Source of the DNA: Candidatus Amesbacteria bacterium
GTDB taxonomy: Bacteria > Patescibacteriota > Microgenomatia > CAZETR01 > Amesbacteraceae
Length of the DNA: 64,000 bases
Assembly: GCA_027371535.1 (NCBI GenBank)
Contig: DAHXMV010000004.1
Span: 3,666-67,665, forward strand
Direction: 5' to 3'
The notes under the pieces are model-generated. The model searched no databases. It was given only the letters and a program-made list of their open reading frames with translations, and was not told the origin of the DNA. The position numbers and the translations under genes are program-made. Positions 27,964-39,881 of the stretch are shown here, in pieces. Numbering within the stretch: position 1 is the stretch's first letter; every line of letters begins with the position of its first letter.

Positions 27964-29679
27964 TCACGGATGGGTAATCTGTGTGACAGAAGAGGAGAAA
28001 GGTATTCCCAGCGTGCCGGCATAGTTGGAAATGATTCCGTTATTCGACCAGTCAGCTGTAGGAATCAGACTATTGAGAGAAGAGTTGGTTAAAAAAGGTC
28101 TGACGGAGAATGTGGTTGAATATGTCGAAGTCCGGCCAAGATTTCCATAAGCAGCCTGGGGGATAATTACTGAGCCGTGACTGACATAAATAGGGCGACG
28201 ATTAATGTCCCGCCAGAGGGAAGCCGTGCCGGTTTTAATTTCCAGGAAGCCACTGTAGGGAATGCCGTTGCTTTGGCGAACAAGTAATTCATAAGGTTGG
28301 CCCCAATGAATGGTGAGATTATCAGATCCGGTTCCTGCGGAGCCCGGGACTTTTAAACTGATGTATAGCGGAGATGTTTTGGGAATAAACGACTCTACTA
28401 CTTTGGCAGTCAGGTTTTTACTGTCGTTACCGGCTTCGCACTGGGGCGGAGTTCGGTCCCAGCATCTGGTTGGAGGATTCCACCACTGACGGATCATATT
28501 AAATAAACCCTGAGGGGAAAATGTCCAATCTTCAGTCAAAGACCACATTATCTGAGTTGCCCGGTTTTTCCAACCGCTTTCCACCTGTCGGAAAGTGACG
28601 AGGGAATTTGGCGGAGCGACTGAAGACGGGGCCAACATATCCACATGCCAGATATCAAAATTGGTATCGATTCCGTTTAAAGGATGTCCCAGGGCAGTGT
28701 TAATCATAGGTTGCGGAGTGGCAGATAAGTTGGCAGGAAGAATCCGATTATACGGATAGAGCTGGTAGAAATAGGACATATCACCGTCATTATGATTTGA
28801 ATCCCAGGATCCGGTGGCACCCGTGAAACCGCCGAGCAATGCCTGGTAAGACTGATCATACGGGAAACTATCAGAATACTGGACGTTTATAATACCGGAG
28901 GCGCCGGGGGGATAGAGGGTGTTGTAAAAGTCAAAGTTATAAATTTTTCCCGATACTGCTCTGACTTGCAGACCGTTTGGAGTAGAAGACTCGGTTATGC
29001 ACCAACGCAAAACTGACGGGGAACCGGTATTCCAATAGGCGGAGGAATTACTTTTAGTGTATCTCCAAACGTAACCTCCGGGAGGGCAAAATGAAGTATC
29101 AGTATCGGTTTCAACATCAATCCGGGAATAGCCCTTAAAGTTGCCATATGCATCCCTGTTTTCCAGAATAGAATAGGCACCCCGGGGTGGAAGGGGTAAT
29201 TGGGTGCCGGAAAAGGAAACATTCTTATAGACAACAGAACTGGCAGAAACGATTTGCAAATCAAAATTACTGTAATAGTCGGTTGTTTTTCCCCGAGGTT
29301 TGTAGCGGACCAGGTAGTAGGCCAAAGGTAAAGTATAAGATCCAGGGATAGTAATAGTCCCGTTTGAGACCAGGAAGTTACCCCATTGACCCTGGATATT
29401 TTTACAGGGATTTAGTACGGGGTCGAAATTTAAGGGGCACATGGTCAGGTCGTAATCAAGATATCCGTAATAGGGTACCCCGTCGACGGTTATTTTCAGG
29501 GTATATCCGTCATTCGGGCCAATCGATGTGGGAAGAATTTCAATAGCTGTATGGGCAGCAGCCCGGGTGGCAGTTTGGGGTGTAACCTGCTTAATAAAGA
29601 TGACAGATACTACAAGAATGGGCAGAAACACCAAAGTCAATATAAGTTGTTTGGGGAGGAGTCGCATTTTCCGAACCAC
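27964..29679 (-). CDS. Large secreted protein of unknown function (signal peptide; Tyr/Trp/Asn-rich beta-type composition)
   Basis: N-terminal signal peptide (LILTLVFLPILVVSVIFI). No recognisable catalytic motif. It lies between gyrB and hppA. Confidence 0.4.
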   Translation of the reverse strand: MVRKMRLLPKQLILTLVFLPILVVSVIFIKQVTPQTATRAAAHTAIEILPTSIGPNDGYTLKITVDGVPYYGYLDYDLTMCPLNFDPVLNPCKNIQGQWGNFLVSNGTITIPGSYTLPLAYYLVRYKPRGKTTDYYSNFDLQIVSASSVVYKNVSFSGTQLPLPPRGAYSILENRDAYGNFKGYSRIDVETDTDTSFCPPGGYVWRYTKSNSSAYWNTGSPSVLRWCITESSTPNGLQVRAVSGKIYNFDFYNTLYPPGASGIINVQYSDSFPYDQSYQALLGGFTGATGSWDSNHNDGDMSYFYQLYPYNRILPANLSATPQPMINTALGHPLNGIDTNFDIWHVDMLAPSSVAPPNSLVTFRQVESGWKNRATQIMWSLTEDWTFSPQGLFNMIRQWWNPPTRCWDRTPPQCEAGNDSKNLTAKVVESFIPKTSPLYISLKVPGSAGTGSDNLTIHWGQPYELLVRQSNGIPYSGFLEIKTGTASLWRDINRRPIYVSHGSVIIPQAAYGNLGRTSTYSTTFSVRPFLTNSSLNSLIPTADWSNNGIISNYAGTLGIPFSSSVTQITHP

Positions 29680-29764
29680 TGGGAGTAAGTATCAGATGCG
29701 CAAGTTCAGATGTCAAGAGTAGCGCTTTTGGTCCTTCGACAAAGCTTAAGACTGCGAGTGCGAC

Positions 29765-31738
<1,974 letters not shown>

Positions 31739-31884
31739 TCATTTAATAATGTTTACGATAATATGCGATATATAAGAACAGGCCGAAAATCTGTGGAAGG
31801 TTGTGTCGGTAGTGCGGAATTATTTTATGTAACCGGACGGCGGGTTATTTTGTCCGGAATGCCTGAGAGATTGCGGAAGCCACA

Positions 31885-32484
31885 TTAAAGTTTAATGACA
31901 AAATTATCCAGGGCGAGTTTTAAGCTGACATTGGCTTTTAAGTATTTGCGCGTTTTGGCCAGAAGCGGATAAATACCAGTGACATTGGGAAAATTTTGAA
32001 AGTCGCGGTGAATAATAATTTCCAGATAATCCAGGAATTCTAGAGCGGTTTCGCGGGTAAATTCCCGGCTGTCCAAAATTTCCAGCCTCTCCCCTTCTCC
32101 GGCAGCTGCCAGACGGGAAAATAATTTTTGGTAATCGGCCTGTTTTTGGTCATCCGCCTGAAGTTTGGAAACATTTTCGACGATTACCACCCGGGACAGA
32201 ATAGTCGGCAACAGGACTTCGGGTTTGGCAGTGACGAGGTAGATCAAAGAATTACCGGGCGGTTCTTCCAGGGTTTTTAAAAGAGCCTGCTGGGCAGGCA
32301 GAGTAAGTTTTTCCGCCTGGCAAATAACTACCACGTTTTGTTTTTCCCTGAGGGGTTTTCGGGACAGAAATGCAGCCACCCGCCGGATATCTTCGATACC
32401 AATAGAAATTTCCGGGGTGAGGTACAAAGTATCTATCCCCGGAGGATGTTTTTCGGGATTTTCGGGGACTAAAAAAGCATGCAT
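31885..32484 (-). CDS. holB: DNA polymerase III delta-prime (HolB)-like clamp-loader subunit, short form
   Basis: LTLPAQQALLKTLEEPPGNSLIYLVT (sensor-1/box VII-like) and LLPTILSRV (SRC-type motif). No intact Walker A, which is typical of delta-prime. Confidence 0.55.
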   Translation of the reverse strand: MHAFLVPENPEKHPPGIDTLYLTPEISIGIEDIRRVAAFLSRKPLREKQNVVVICQAEKLTLPAQQALLKTLEEPPGNSLIYLVTAKPEVLLPTILSRVVIVENVSKLQADDQKQADYQKLFSRLAAAGEGERLEILDSREFTRETALEFLDYLEIIIHRDFQNFPNVTGIYPLLAKTRKYLKANVSLKLALDNFVIKL

Positions 32485-32618
32485 ATCAATTGTATTTTAG
32501 CAGGGTAGGCTACATATCCCAATGATTATAATTTGCAGCTGCAAACCATTGGGATATATCCAATTATACAATTGCCTTCGCAATTGAATGTTAATTGGCT
32601 ATAATATTATTTATATAT

Positions 32619-34370
32619 ATGAATCCTGCCCAGGGAAACTTTAAAGGTGTCGGGGAAGTTGAAGCCAGTAATATTCTGGGGATTTTGGTAAAAGACGGCA
32701 AGCTGACAAGCGAAAATTACGAGAAAGCCAGAATGGCATATGTAAACAGCGGGGCTACGATGACTGACTGGCTGGTTTCACAACAGTTAGTCTCCCTGGA
32801 AGATATTATGAAGGCCAGGGCCAAGTATTACAACGTACCGTTTGTACATCTGTCCGAAGTGGCGATTTCCCCGATGGCTCTGGGATTTATCGACAAAGAT
32901 ATAGCAGAGAGACTGAATGCGCTGCCGTTTGATTACAACCAGTCATTAGGACAGCTGTCTGTAGCTATGGGAAATCCGGTAGATTTATCGGCGCTGGAAT
33001 TTTTGGAGAAGAAAACCGGGGTCAAAATAAAACCCTATGCAGCCATCCCCGATGAGGTCCAGACAAATATTGATATCCGGTATGAGCAGAGCCTGTCGAC
33101 TGAAGTAACGGCGGCGTTGAAAGAAGCTGGCGGGACGGTGCCGACAGAAGTTAAAACGATCAATATCCGCAGGGTGAATGAAGTGATTAAAGAAGCTCCG
33201 ATAGCTAAAATTGTGACCACGATTCTGGAGTTTGCCATGAAGTCCAGGGCTTCGGATGTGCACATTGAGCCATTGGAGGAGCGGACCAGAGTGCGGTACA
33301 GGATAGACGGAATTTTACACGAAAAGCTGGTACTGCCTAAAAAGATTCATGACGCGCTGATATCCAGGATAAAAATATTATCGGATATAAAAATCGACGA
33401 AAAAAGAATTCCCCAGGACGGCAGATTTAATTTTCAGACCGAAGATGACGAGGTGGACCTGCGGGTATCAACTTTGCCGACGGTGCACGGGGAAAAAATT
33501 GTAATGCGGCTTCTGAAGAAAAGCGGTTCAGTGCCCACAATGCAGCAATTGGGACTGCGCGGCAAGGCTTTGGCAAATCTGGAAGAAGCGATATTAAGAC
33601 CGCACGGAATTATTCTGGTAACCGGACCCACCGGTTCGGGGAAAACGACTACTCTGTATTCGGTACTGTCAAAAATAAATACCATCAAAGTGAATATCAT
33701 GACCCTGGAGGATCCGGTGGAGTATCAGATGGCCGGGGTCAACCAGGTACAGATAAATCCCCAGGCGGGGCTGACATTTGCCTCAGGTCTGAGATCATTT
33801 CTGAGGCAGGATCCGAATATCATTATGGTCGGCGAAGTCCGGGATGAAGAAACAGCCGAGCTGGCGATTCAGGCCTCACTTACCGGTCATTTGGTATTTT
33901 CCACCCTGCATACCAATTCGGCTTCCGGCGCCCTACCGCGGCTTTTGGATATGAAAGCCGAACCATACCTTTTAGCATCTTCCATAACGGCGATTGTGGC
34001 CCAAAGGGTAGCCAGAAACATCTGTACGGTTTGCAAAAAGGAATATGTTCCGGCACCTGAAGTAATTACCGATATGAAAAGTGTCCTGGGTAAATTGTGG
34101 GCCATTGACCCGGCTAAAAAACCGGTTTTATACAGAGGCACGGGGTGTGACCAGTGTGCGAATACCGGATTTAAAGGGAGGATAGGAATTTTTGAGGTCT
34201 TGCCCGTAAGCGAAAGAATTGGTAGGCTGATATTAGAACGGGCGTCTGCAGGCGACATCGAAAGAGCCGCAGTCGAAGACGGTATGATCACCATGAAACA
34301 GGACGGTTATTTAAAAGTAGTCGAGGGAATTACCTCGATTGATGAAGTGCTGAGAGTGGCACAGGAGTAG
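32619..34370 (+). CDS. pilB: Type IV pilus assembly ATPase PilB (GspE family)
   Basis: T2SE N-terminal domain, Walker A GPTGSGKTTTLYSVL, Asp and His boxes, and a C-terminal tetracysteine CTVC...CDQC. Confidence 0.9.
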   Translation: MNPAQGNFKGVGEVEASNILGILVKDGKLTSENYEKARMAYVNSGATMTDWLVSQQLVSLEDIMKARAKYYNVPFVHLSEVAISPMALGFIDKDIAERLNALPFDYNQSLGQLSVAMGNPVDLSALEFLEKKTGVKIKPYAAIPDEVQTNIDIRYEQSLSTEVTAALKEAGGTVPTEVKTINIRRVNEVIKEAPIAKIVTTILEFAMKSRASDVHIEPLEERTRVRYRIDGILHEKLVLPKKIHDALISRIKILSDIKIDEKRIPQDGRFNFQTEDDEVDLRVSTLPTVHGEKIVMRLLKKSGSVPTMQQLGLRGKALANLEEAILRPHGIILVTGPTGSGKTTTLYSVLSKINTIKVNIMTLEDPVEYQMAGVNQVQINPQAGLTFASGLRSFLRQDPNIIMVGEVRDEETAELAIQASLTGHLVFSTLHTNSASGALPRLLDMKAEPYLLASSITAIVAQRVARNICTVCKKEYVPAPEVITDMKSVLGKLWAIDPAKKPVLYRGTGCDQCANTGFKGRIGIFEVLPVSERIGRLILERASAGDIERAAVEDGMITMKQDGYLKVVEGITSIDEVLRVAQE

Positions 34371-34373
34371 AAC

Positions 34374-35432
34374 ATGACCATACAACAAATGCTGACATAT
34401 ATTATTGAACACCGGGGTTCGGACCTGCATCTGGTACCCGGTCACCCGCCGCTGATCAGGATTGACGGAATTCTGCTGCCGATTGCCGGCCAAAAAGTGC
34501 TCGGGGCGACGGAAGTGGAACAACTGATTTCCGGGGTGATGTCCGCGGAACAGAAACAGATGTTTATCGTGAACAAAGAACTGGATTTTTCGTTTTCATA
34601 CGGCGAGGATGCCAGGTACAGGGTGAATTCATATTTCCAGAAAGGGGTGATGGCAGCCAGCTTCAGGTTAATTTTATCGAAAATTCCGGAGATTGATGAG
34701 CTGGGTTTGCCGCGGATCTGCCATGAGTTTGCGACCCTGAGACAGGGTTTTGTGCTGGTAACCGGGCCGACCGGACAAGGGAAGTCCACCACTCTGGCCT
34801 CGGTACTGCAGGAGATTAATAACACCCGCCCGGTGCACATCATTACTATCGAAGACCCGATTGAATATATATATGCCCCATCCAAGGCAATAATCTCTCA
34901 AAGGGAGGTGCATAATGACACCCATTCGTGGGAACTGGCTCTGCGGTCTGTCCTGCGCGAAGATCCTGATGTAGTCCTGATAGGGGAAATGCGGGATTAT
35001 GAGACGATCGCGGCGGCTCTGACAATTGCGGAAACGGGCCATCTGGTGTTTGCCACCCTGCATACCAATTCAGCGGCGCAGACAATCGACCGTATCGTGG
35101 ACGTTTTTCCGGAAAATCAGCAGCCGCAGGTACGGATGCAGTTATCCGCCAATCTGGAAGCCGTGCTATCCCAGAGGTTATTGCCCAGAAAAAGCGGCGG
35201 CCGGGTGGTGGGCTATGAAATTATGGTAGGAACAGCCGCAGTCAGGACATCCATCAGGGAAGGCCGGACGCATATGATCGATAACATTATTCAGACTTCG
35301 GCAGAATACGGGATGAAGACCCTGGAATCAACCCTGGGGGAATTGGTCAATTCCGGAGTGATCGCCAGGGAAACGGCCGAGGCATATGCTACCCGTCCCG
35401 AGGATATCAAGCGTTACATAAAAGGAGCTTAA
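34374..35432 (+). CDS. pilT: Twitching-motility retraction ATPase PilT
   Basis: Walker A GPTGQGKSTTLASVL, IITIEDPIEY and GEMRD motifs. 352 aa. Confidence 0.9.
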   Translation: MTIQQMLTYIIEHRGSDLHLVPGHPPLIRIDGILLPIAGQKVLGATEVEQLISGVMSAEQKQMFIVNKELDFSFSYGEDARYRVNSYFQKGVMAASFRLILSKIPEIDELGLPRICHEFATLRQGFVLVTGPTGQGKSTTLASVLQEINNTRPVHIITIEDPIEYIYAPSKAIISQREVHNDTHSWELALRSVLREDPDVVLIGEMRDYETIAAALTIAETGHLVFATLHTNSAAQTIDRIVDVFPENQQPQVRMQLSANLEAVLSQRLLPRKSGGRVVGYEIMVGTAAVRTSIREGRTHMIDNIIQTSAEYGMKTLESTLGELVNSGVIARETAEAYATRPEDIKRYIKGA

Positions 35433-35433
35433 A

Positions 35434-36636
35434 GTGAGGATTAAATATTCGGCCAAGGATAACTCCGGCAGGAATATAAAGGGATTTGTGGAGGCGGCAA
35501 ATGTTCATGCAGCGGCGGGGATATTAAGGGAGCAAAAAATGCTGCCGATTGAAATGCAGGAAGTTAAAAAAGGCCTAAACCTATCCGTTTTTATGGATAA
35601 CCTAAAAGGGGTGTCTTCAAAAGAACTGACTAATTTTACGAGACAGCTGGCGACGATGATGACTGCCGGGTTGCCCCTGACCGACGCGTTAAACTTGCTA
35701 AAAGCCCAGTCACCACCCGTACTATCGGGAATTGTCGGAATGGTGCTGGTGGATGTGCAATCAGGAGTTGCTTTGTCTGCAGCGCTGGGAAAATTCCCGA
35801 AAGTATTTAACCGGATTTACGTTTCGCTGGTAAAAGCGGGTGAATCCGCAGGACTGATGGAAAAGATCCTGAACCGGCTGGCGGATACGGCAGAGAAAAA
35901 CCAGGAGTTTAAAGGCAAAATAATAGGCGCCATGATTTACCCGATAATTATTCTGGTGGGTATGGTGCTGGTGTTTATATTGATGATTGTATTAGTTGTA
36001 CCGCAAATGAAATCAATGTATGCGGATTTAAATTCCGAGCTGCCGTTTGCCACCAGAGCGTTGATAGCAATTTCAGATTTTTCTGTTAATAACGGGCCAT
36101 TAATAATTATCGCCCTGGTCGGAATATTTTTCGGGATCCGTTCATACGTCCAGACGGATAAAGGCAGGGAGAACGCAGCCAGGTTGAAATTTGCCTTTCC
36201 TTTAATAGGTTCATTGTTGCGCCAATCCGCAATGGCCGAATTTTCTCGGGTGATGTCACTATTATTATCCGCCGGAATTTCGATAGTCGAATCACTGAGA
36301 ATTTCTGCCGATTCAGCGGGAAATATAGTCATGGTAAATGACATCAAAAAAATTGCCAATCAGGTGGAAAAAGGTTTCCCGGTCTCAATTTGTTTTTCGG
36401 AGAGCGAGACGTTTCCGCCAATATTCGGGCAAATGGTAGCTGTCGGCGAGGAAACCGGAAAGATGGACGATGTAATGAATAAGCTGTCGTATTATTTTGA
36501 AACGGAATCAGACCAGAGGGTCAAAGGCTTGACAACCGCTATTGAACCGATAATACTAATTGTAATGGCAGTCGGAGTAGGACTTTTGATGTATGCAATT
36601 ATCATGCCGATGTACGGAGTTATGAATAAAGTTTAG
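35434..36636 (+). CDS. pilC: Type IV pilus inner-membrane platform protein PilC (GspF family)
   Basis: Two T2SSF repeats (LATMMTAGLPLTDAL... and LSLLLSAGISIVESL...). 400 aa. Confidence 0.85.
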   Translation: MRIKYSAKDNSGRNIKGFVEAANVHAAAGILREQKMLPIEMQEVKKGLNLSVFMDNLKGVSSKELTNFTRQLATMMTAGLPLTDALNLLKAQSPPVLSGIVGMVLVDVQSGVALSAALGKFPKVFNRIYVSLVKAGESAGLMEKILNRLADTAEKNQEFKGKIIGAMIYPIIILVGMVLVFILMIVLVVPQMKSMYADLNSELPFATRALIAISDFSVNNGPLIIIALVGIFFGIRSYVQTDKGRENAARLKFAFPLIGSLLRQSAMAEFSRVMSLLLSAGISIVESLRISADSAGNIVMVNDIKKIANQVEKGFPVSICFSESETFPPIFGQMVAVGEETGKMDDVMNKLSYYFETESDQRVKGLTTAIEPIILIVMAVGVGLLMYAIIMPMYGVMNKV

Positions 36637-36668
36637 TTTCCCTGGAAGGAGGTGAAATAACCGAAAAT

Positions 36669-37127
36669 ATGTTAAAAAGAGCATTCACATTAATAGAGCT
36701 TTTGGTAGTTATTGGTATACTGGCTGTCCTAATGGCCGGTGTTGTGGCGTTAATCGATCCGGTTGACAAAAACAGAGCGGCCAATGATGCCCAAATGCAA
36801 TCGTTGGTTGCCAACGCAGCCACGGCTGAAGAGTCATATGCGGCTACCCATAACGGTTGTTATGCGAGGACATGGGCGAACCTGAATACTGCAGGAGAAT
36901 TAAAAACCGCTACCCCAAATATTCCTTCTACAGGTGGTTATGTAGCTCCTACGTTTACCATAGGTGCAGTTGCAACCTGTACTAACGCAAACGAAACAGA
37001 TTCGATAAACGTTTGTGCTAATTTGAAGTCAAAGAGGTACACTGGCCCGGCTACCCCGAATTGGCATTATGATTCCATTTCCGGAAAGACATGTGCCACC
37101 GTAAATTGTACAGATGCGTGTCCGTGA
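36669..37127 (+). CDS. pilA: Type IV major pilin (PilA-like), class III signal peptide
   Basis: MLKRAFTLIELLVVIGILAVL. Glu at +5. A C-terminal Cys pair is present. Ala, not Gly, precedes the Phe. Confidence 0.8.
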   Translation: MLKRAFTLIELLVVIGILAVLMAGVVALIDPVDKNRAANDAQMQSLVANAATAEESYAATHNGCYARTWANLNTAGELKTATPNIPSTGGYVAPTFTIGAVATCTNANETDSINVCANLKSKRYTGPATPNWHYDSISGKTCATVNCTDACP

Positions 37128-37154
37128 TGGTTTGAAAGTACTTTCAGACACAAC

Positions 37155-37187
37155 AATCCCGCCCCAAACGGCGGGATTGTTTTTTTG
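37155..37187 (+). terminator. Rho-independent terminator after pilA
   Basis: AATCCCGCC-CCAAAC-GGCGGGATT hairpin followed by GTTTTTTT. Confidence 0.75.
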
Positions 37188-37211
37188 GTAGTATATTAAA
37201 AGAATTGATTT

Positions 37212-37952
37212 ATGAACGGGCTTATTTATGCAATTGTTTTTTGTTACGGAATAATCATGGGGAGTGCGGCCAATGCGCTGATTGACCGTTTGCCCAAAGG
37301 AAAATCCTGGTTTAAGGGCAGGTCGGAATGTGATAAATGCCATCACCAACTTAAATTTGGGGATCTGATTCCGGTGTTTTCCTACCTCTATTTGAAAGGG
37401 AAATGCGGGTATTGCCACTCACCTATTCCGGTAAGAAACCTGATAGTCGAGATAATAACGGGATTGGCATTCATTGTTATTCTTGGTCATTCATGGTCAT
37501 ACAGTAGTTTATTGTTAGCAGGGATTGCTTGGGTGACGGTGATAATTGCGTTCATGGATTGGGAGACGAAGCTGGTCAGCGAGGCGATGGTGGTGATATG
37601 GGGTGTGCTGGCACTTTTGGGTAATTGGGGAAATTTGGGCAATTTGGGAAATTGGGGCGGATTGTTAATCGGGGTGGGGGTGATTGGCGGAATATGGCTG
37701 GTGACAAGGGGACGGGCCATGGGCGAGGGAGATATAGAAATTGCCGCAGTCATGGGCTGGTGGCTGGGATGGGCAAATACCCCCGTGGCTTTGTGGCTGG
37801 CATTTGTACTGGGATCAGTGGTCGGAGTGTGGAAACTGGCGAAAAAGAAAAGTCATTTAAAAGACCAAATAGCATTCGGGCCGTTTTTGGTATTGGGCAG
37901 CTGGATAGCCTATTGGTGGGGGGAAAAGATCTGGGCTTTCATAGTAAAATAG
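37212..37952 (+). CDS. pilD: Prepilin peptidase PilD (A24 family), with an internal 9-nt tandem-repeat-encoded GNWGNLGNLGNWG loop
   Basis: N-terminal Zn-binding CDKCHH...CGYCH tetracysteine and two catalytic Asp regions (IAFMDWETK, GEGDIEIAAV). Confidence 0.85.
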   Translation: MNGLIYAIVFCYGIIMGSAANALIDRLPKGKSWFKGRSECDKCHHQLKFGDLIPVFSYLYLKGKCGYCHSPIPVRNLIVEIITGLAFIVILGHSWSYSSLLLAGIAWVTVIIAFMDWETKLVSEAMVVIWGVLALLGNWGNLGNLGNWGGLLIGVGVIGGIWLVTRGRAMGEGDIEIAAVMGWWLGWANTPVALWLAFVLGSVVGVWKLAKKKSHLKDQIAFGPFLVLGSWIAYWWGEKIWAFIVK

Positions 37953-37956
37953 AGGG

Positions 37957-38445
37957 GTGGAAAAGTTTTCCGTGTTGGCGTGGAGTAGAAAAGAAATATC
38001 GTTTGTGACGGCGATTATTACCCTGGTATTCGGATTATCATGGTATCAGATAATAATCGGAGAGATGAAGACCAGGGATTCACAGAGGATGCAGGATGTG
38101 GAGGCTATCAGCCGGGCGATCAGGACTTATTGGGATGATTATAAGGTCTATCCCGAGGAGGCTACAGGAGAGGGAAAAATGGTCCAATGCGGCGAAAAGG
38201 GCGGTCAGGTATGTGAATGGGGTAAAAGCACCATCAGGGATAAATATAATGTAGTGTATATGAATCTGGTGCCCGGCGATCCCCTGACGAGCAAAGGTTA
38301 CCATTACGTTTACATTCCGGATGCCGAAAGACAGCATTTCAGGATTTACATTGCCCTGGAATACGATGGCGATGCGAGGGTAAAACCTGATTTGACAATC
38401 CAGTGCGGAAACCGTGTACAATGTAATTGGTATGTACAGGAATGA
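37957..38445 (+). CDS. GspG-like pseudopilin-fold protein with a non-canonical N-terminus (GTG start)
   Basis: EAISRAIRTYWDDYKVYPE matches the GspG signature (I..A...Y..d.g.YP). There is a hydrophobic N-terminal helix but no G-F-T-L-I-E cleavage motif. Confidence 0.4.
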   Translation: MEKFSVLAWSRKEISFVTAIITLVFGLSWYQIIIGEMKTRDSQRMQDVEAISRAIRTYWDDYKVYPEEATGEGKMVQCGEKGGQVCEWGKSTIRDKYNVVYMNLVPGDPLTSKGYHYVYIPDAERQHFRIYIALEYDGDARVKPDLTIQCGNRVQCNWYVQE

Positions 38446-38836
38446 ACCTCAGGGATTTACTTTAATAGAATTAGTAATAACCATGGGTTTAATAGCAATT
38501 TTGTCGGCGGGGACGTTGTCTGTTTTGGGTCAGGGACCGCAAAAATATGCCAGAGATTCAAGACGAAAGGCTGACCTGCAGTCAATTGCTTCCGCTCTGG
38601 AATTATACAGGAACGACCATAGCGGTTATCCAATTGCCGGAAACTATCCCTCGGGAATTCAGGGGACTTATATGAATACCATTCCGAAAGATCCCAAAAA
38701 AAGTACATTGGACTATGCTTATACCCCCGGAAATTGCGGTCCGACATATTGTTCGACTTTCAGTATTTGTACTAATAGTTCACAACCCCCTGAATCTTAC
38801 GGAGAGCCGCTCCAGTACTGTGTTTATAACCCATGA
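38432..38836 (+). CDS. Type IV pilin/pseudopilin (GspG-like)
   Basis: Class III signal QGFTLIELVITMGLIAIL plus LELYRNDHSGYP. The start is ambiguous (38414 or 38432). Confidence 0.65.
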   Translation: MYRNEPQGFTLIELVITMGLIAILSAGTLSVLGQGPQKYARDSRRKADLQSIASALELYRNDHSGYPIAGNYPSGIQGTYMNTIPKDPKKSTLDYAYTPGNCGPTYCSTFSICTNSSQPPESYGEPLQYCVYNP

Positions 38837-39402
38837 AGAAAGCCTATACGTTATTGGAAATAGTCCTGGCAATAGGTTTAACGGTAGTCATGTCCGGATC
38901 TGCAATTGCAGCGTATGTTAAATACAACAGATCACAAATGGTCAATTCAGCATATCAGGAAATTATGAATGTTTTCAGGGAAGCCAGAACTAATGCCATG
39001 ACCGGTAAAATGGATTGTAACCAGTGCGATTGTGACGGCAGCGGAGCTCATCCGGCCTTTAACGGGTGGATGGTCTATATAGATTGTTCAAAAAAACACA
39101 CGAATGGCAATAATAATGTCGGGTATGAAATAGAAGGTGAATGCCAGGGACCGCCGGGGAGTCCGCCGATGTTTGGATACCGGTCAAAATATTTTTCCAA
39201 AATAGATATCCGGATTAATGATTTCGGCCCCGTTAATCTAGCCCAATGCAACGCCAACAACAATAACAATGTCCGGTACTTATCGGGTGGAACGGGGGTG
39301 TCTTTTGCTACCGGAACATCGCTGGTGATTAAGCTTAGATCCCAGTTTGACAATTCAATAATCAAAACAATTAATGTGGATTCATCAGGAGTAGTGCACT
39401 GA
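38833..39402 (+). CDS. Minor pilin/pseudopilin with a Cys-rich insert
   Basis: MKKAYTLLEIVLAIGLTVVM prepilin-like leader with A-Y instead of G-F. Also CNQCDCDGSG. Confidence 0.55.
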   Translation: MKKAYTLLEIVLAIGLTVVMSGSAIAAYVKYNRSQMVNSAYQEIMNVFREARTNAMTGKMDCNQCDCDGSGAHPAFNGWMVYIDCSKKHTNGNNNVGYEIEGECQGPPGSPPMFGYRSKYFSKIDIRINDFGPVNLAQCNANNNNNVRYLSGGTGVSFATGTSLVIKLRSQFDNSIIKTINVDSSGVVH

Positions 39403-39407
39403 TTAAT

Positions 39408-39878
39408 ATGGGGAAATCCGGCTTTAAAAAAGGTCAAATACTGTTAGAAACTTTAATTGCGTTTTCAATTGCCGTTGTGGTGCTAATAGCGGTGATGAAT
39501 CTGGCTACCAGATCTGTGAATAATTCCGGTGTATCAGACAGAACCAGTGAAGCCACGTCATATGCCGATCAGGGTATAAACTGGGTCAAAAGCCAGGTGG
39601 TGCTATCATGGTCGGACTTTAATGATTCATTTACATCGGGGAGCCACTATTGCCTGCAGACATTATCCAATTGGACACCATCGCCGACTCCGGCTGCGGG
39701 TTCCTGCGGTACGGGGCAAGAAATATCAGGAACACAATTTTTCAGGGAGGCAGTATTGTTTAAATTAACTGACTCAAACTTAAGGAATTATATTGAAGCT
39801 ACGGTAACAGTTACCTGGACTGAAGGCATGAACACAAAAACCGTATCCAGATACGGAGTGTATTACAACAATACATAG
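39408..39878 (+). CDS. Minor pilin/pseudopilin
   Basis: MGKSGFKKGQILLETLIAFSIAVVVL: Glu at +5 after G-Q. Confidence 0.5.
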   Translation: MGKSGFKKGQILLETLIAFSIAVVVLIAVMNLATRSVNNSGVSDRTSEATSYADQGINWVKSQVVLSWSDFNDSFTSGSHYCLQTLSNWTPSPTPAAGSCGTGQEISGTQFFREAVLFKLTDSNLRNYIEATVTVTWTEGMNTKTVSRYGVYYNNT

Positions 39879-39881
39879 GAG

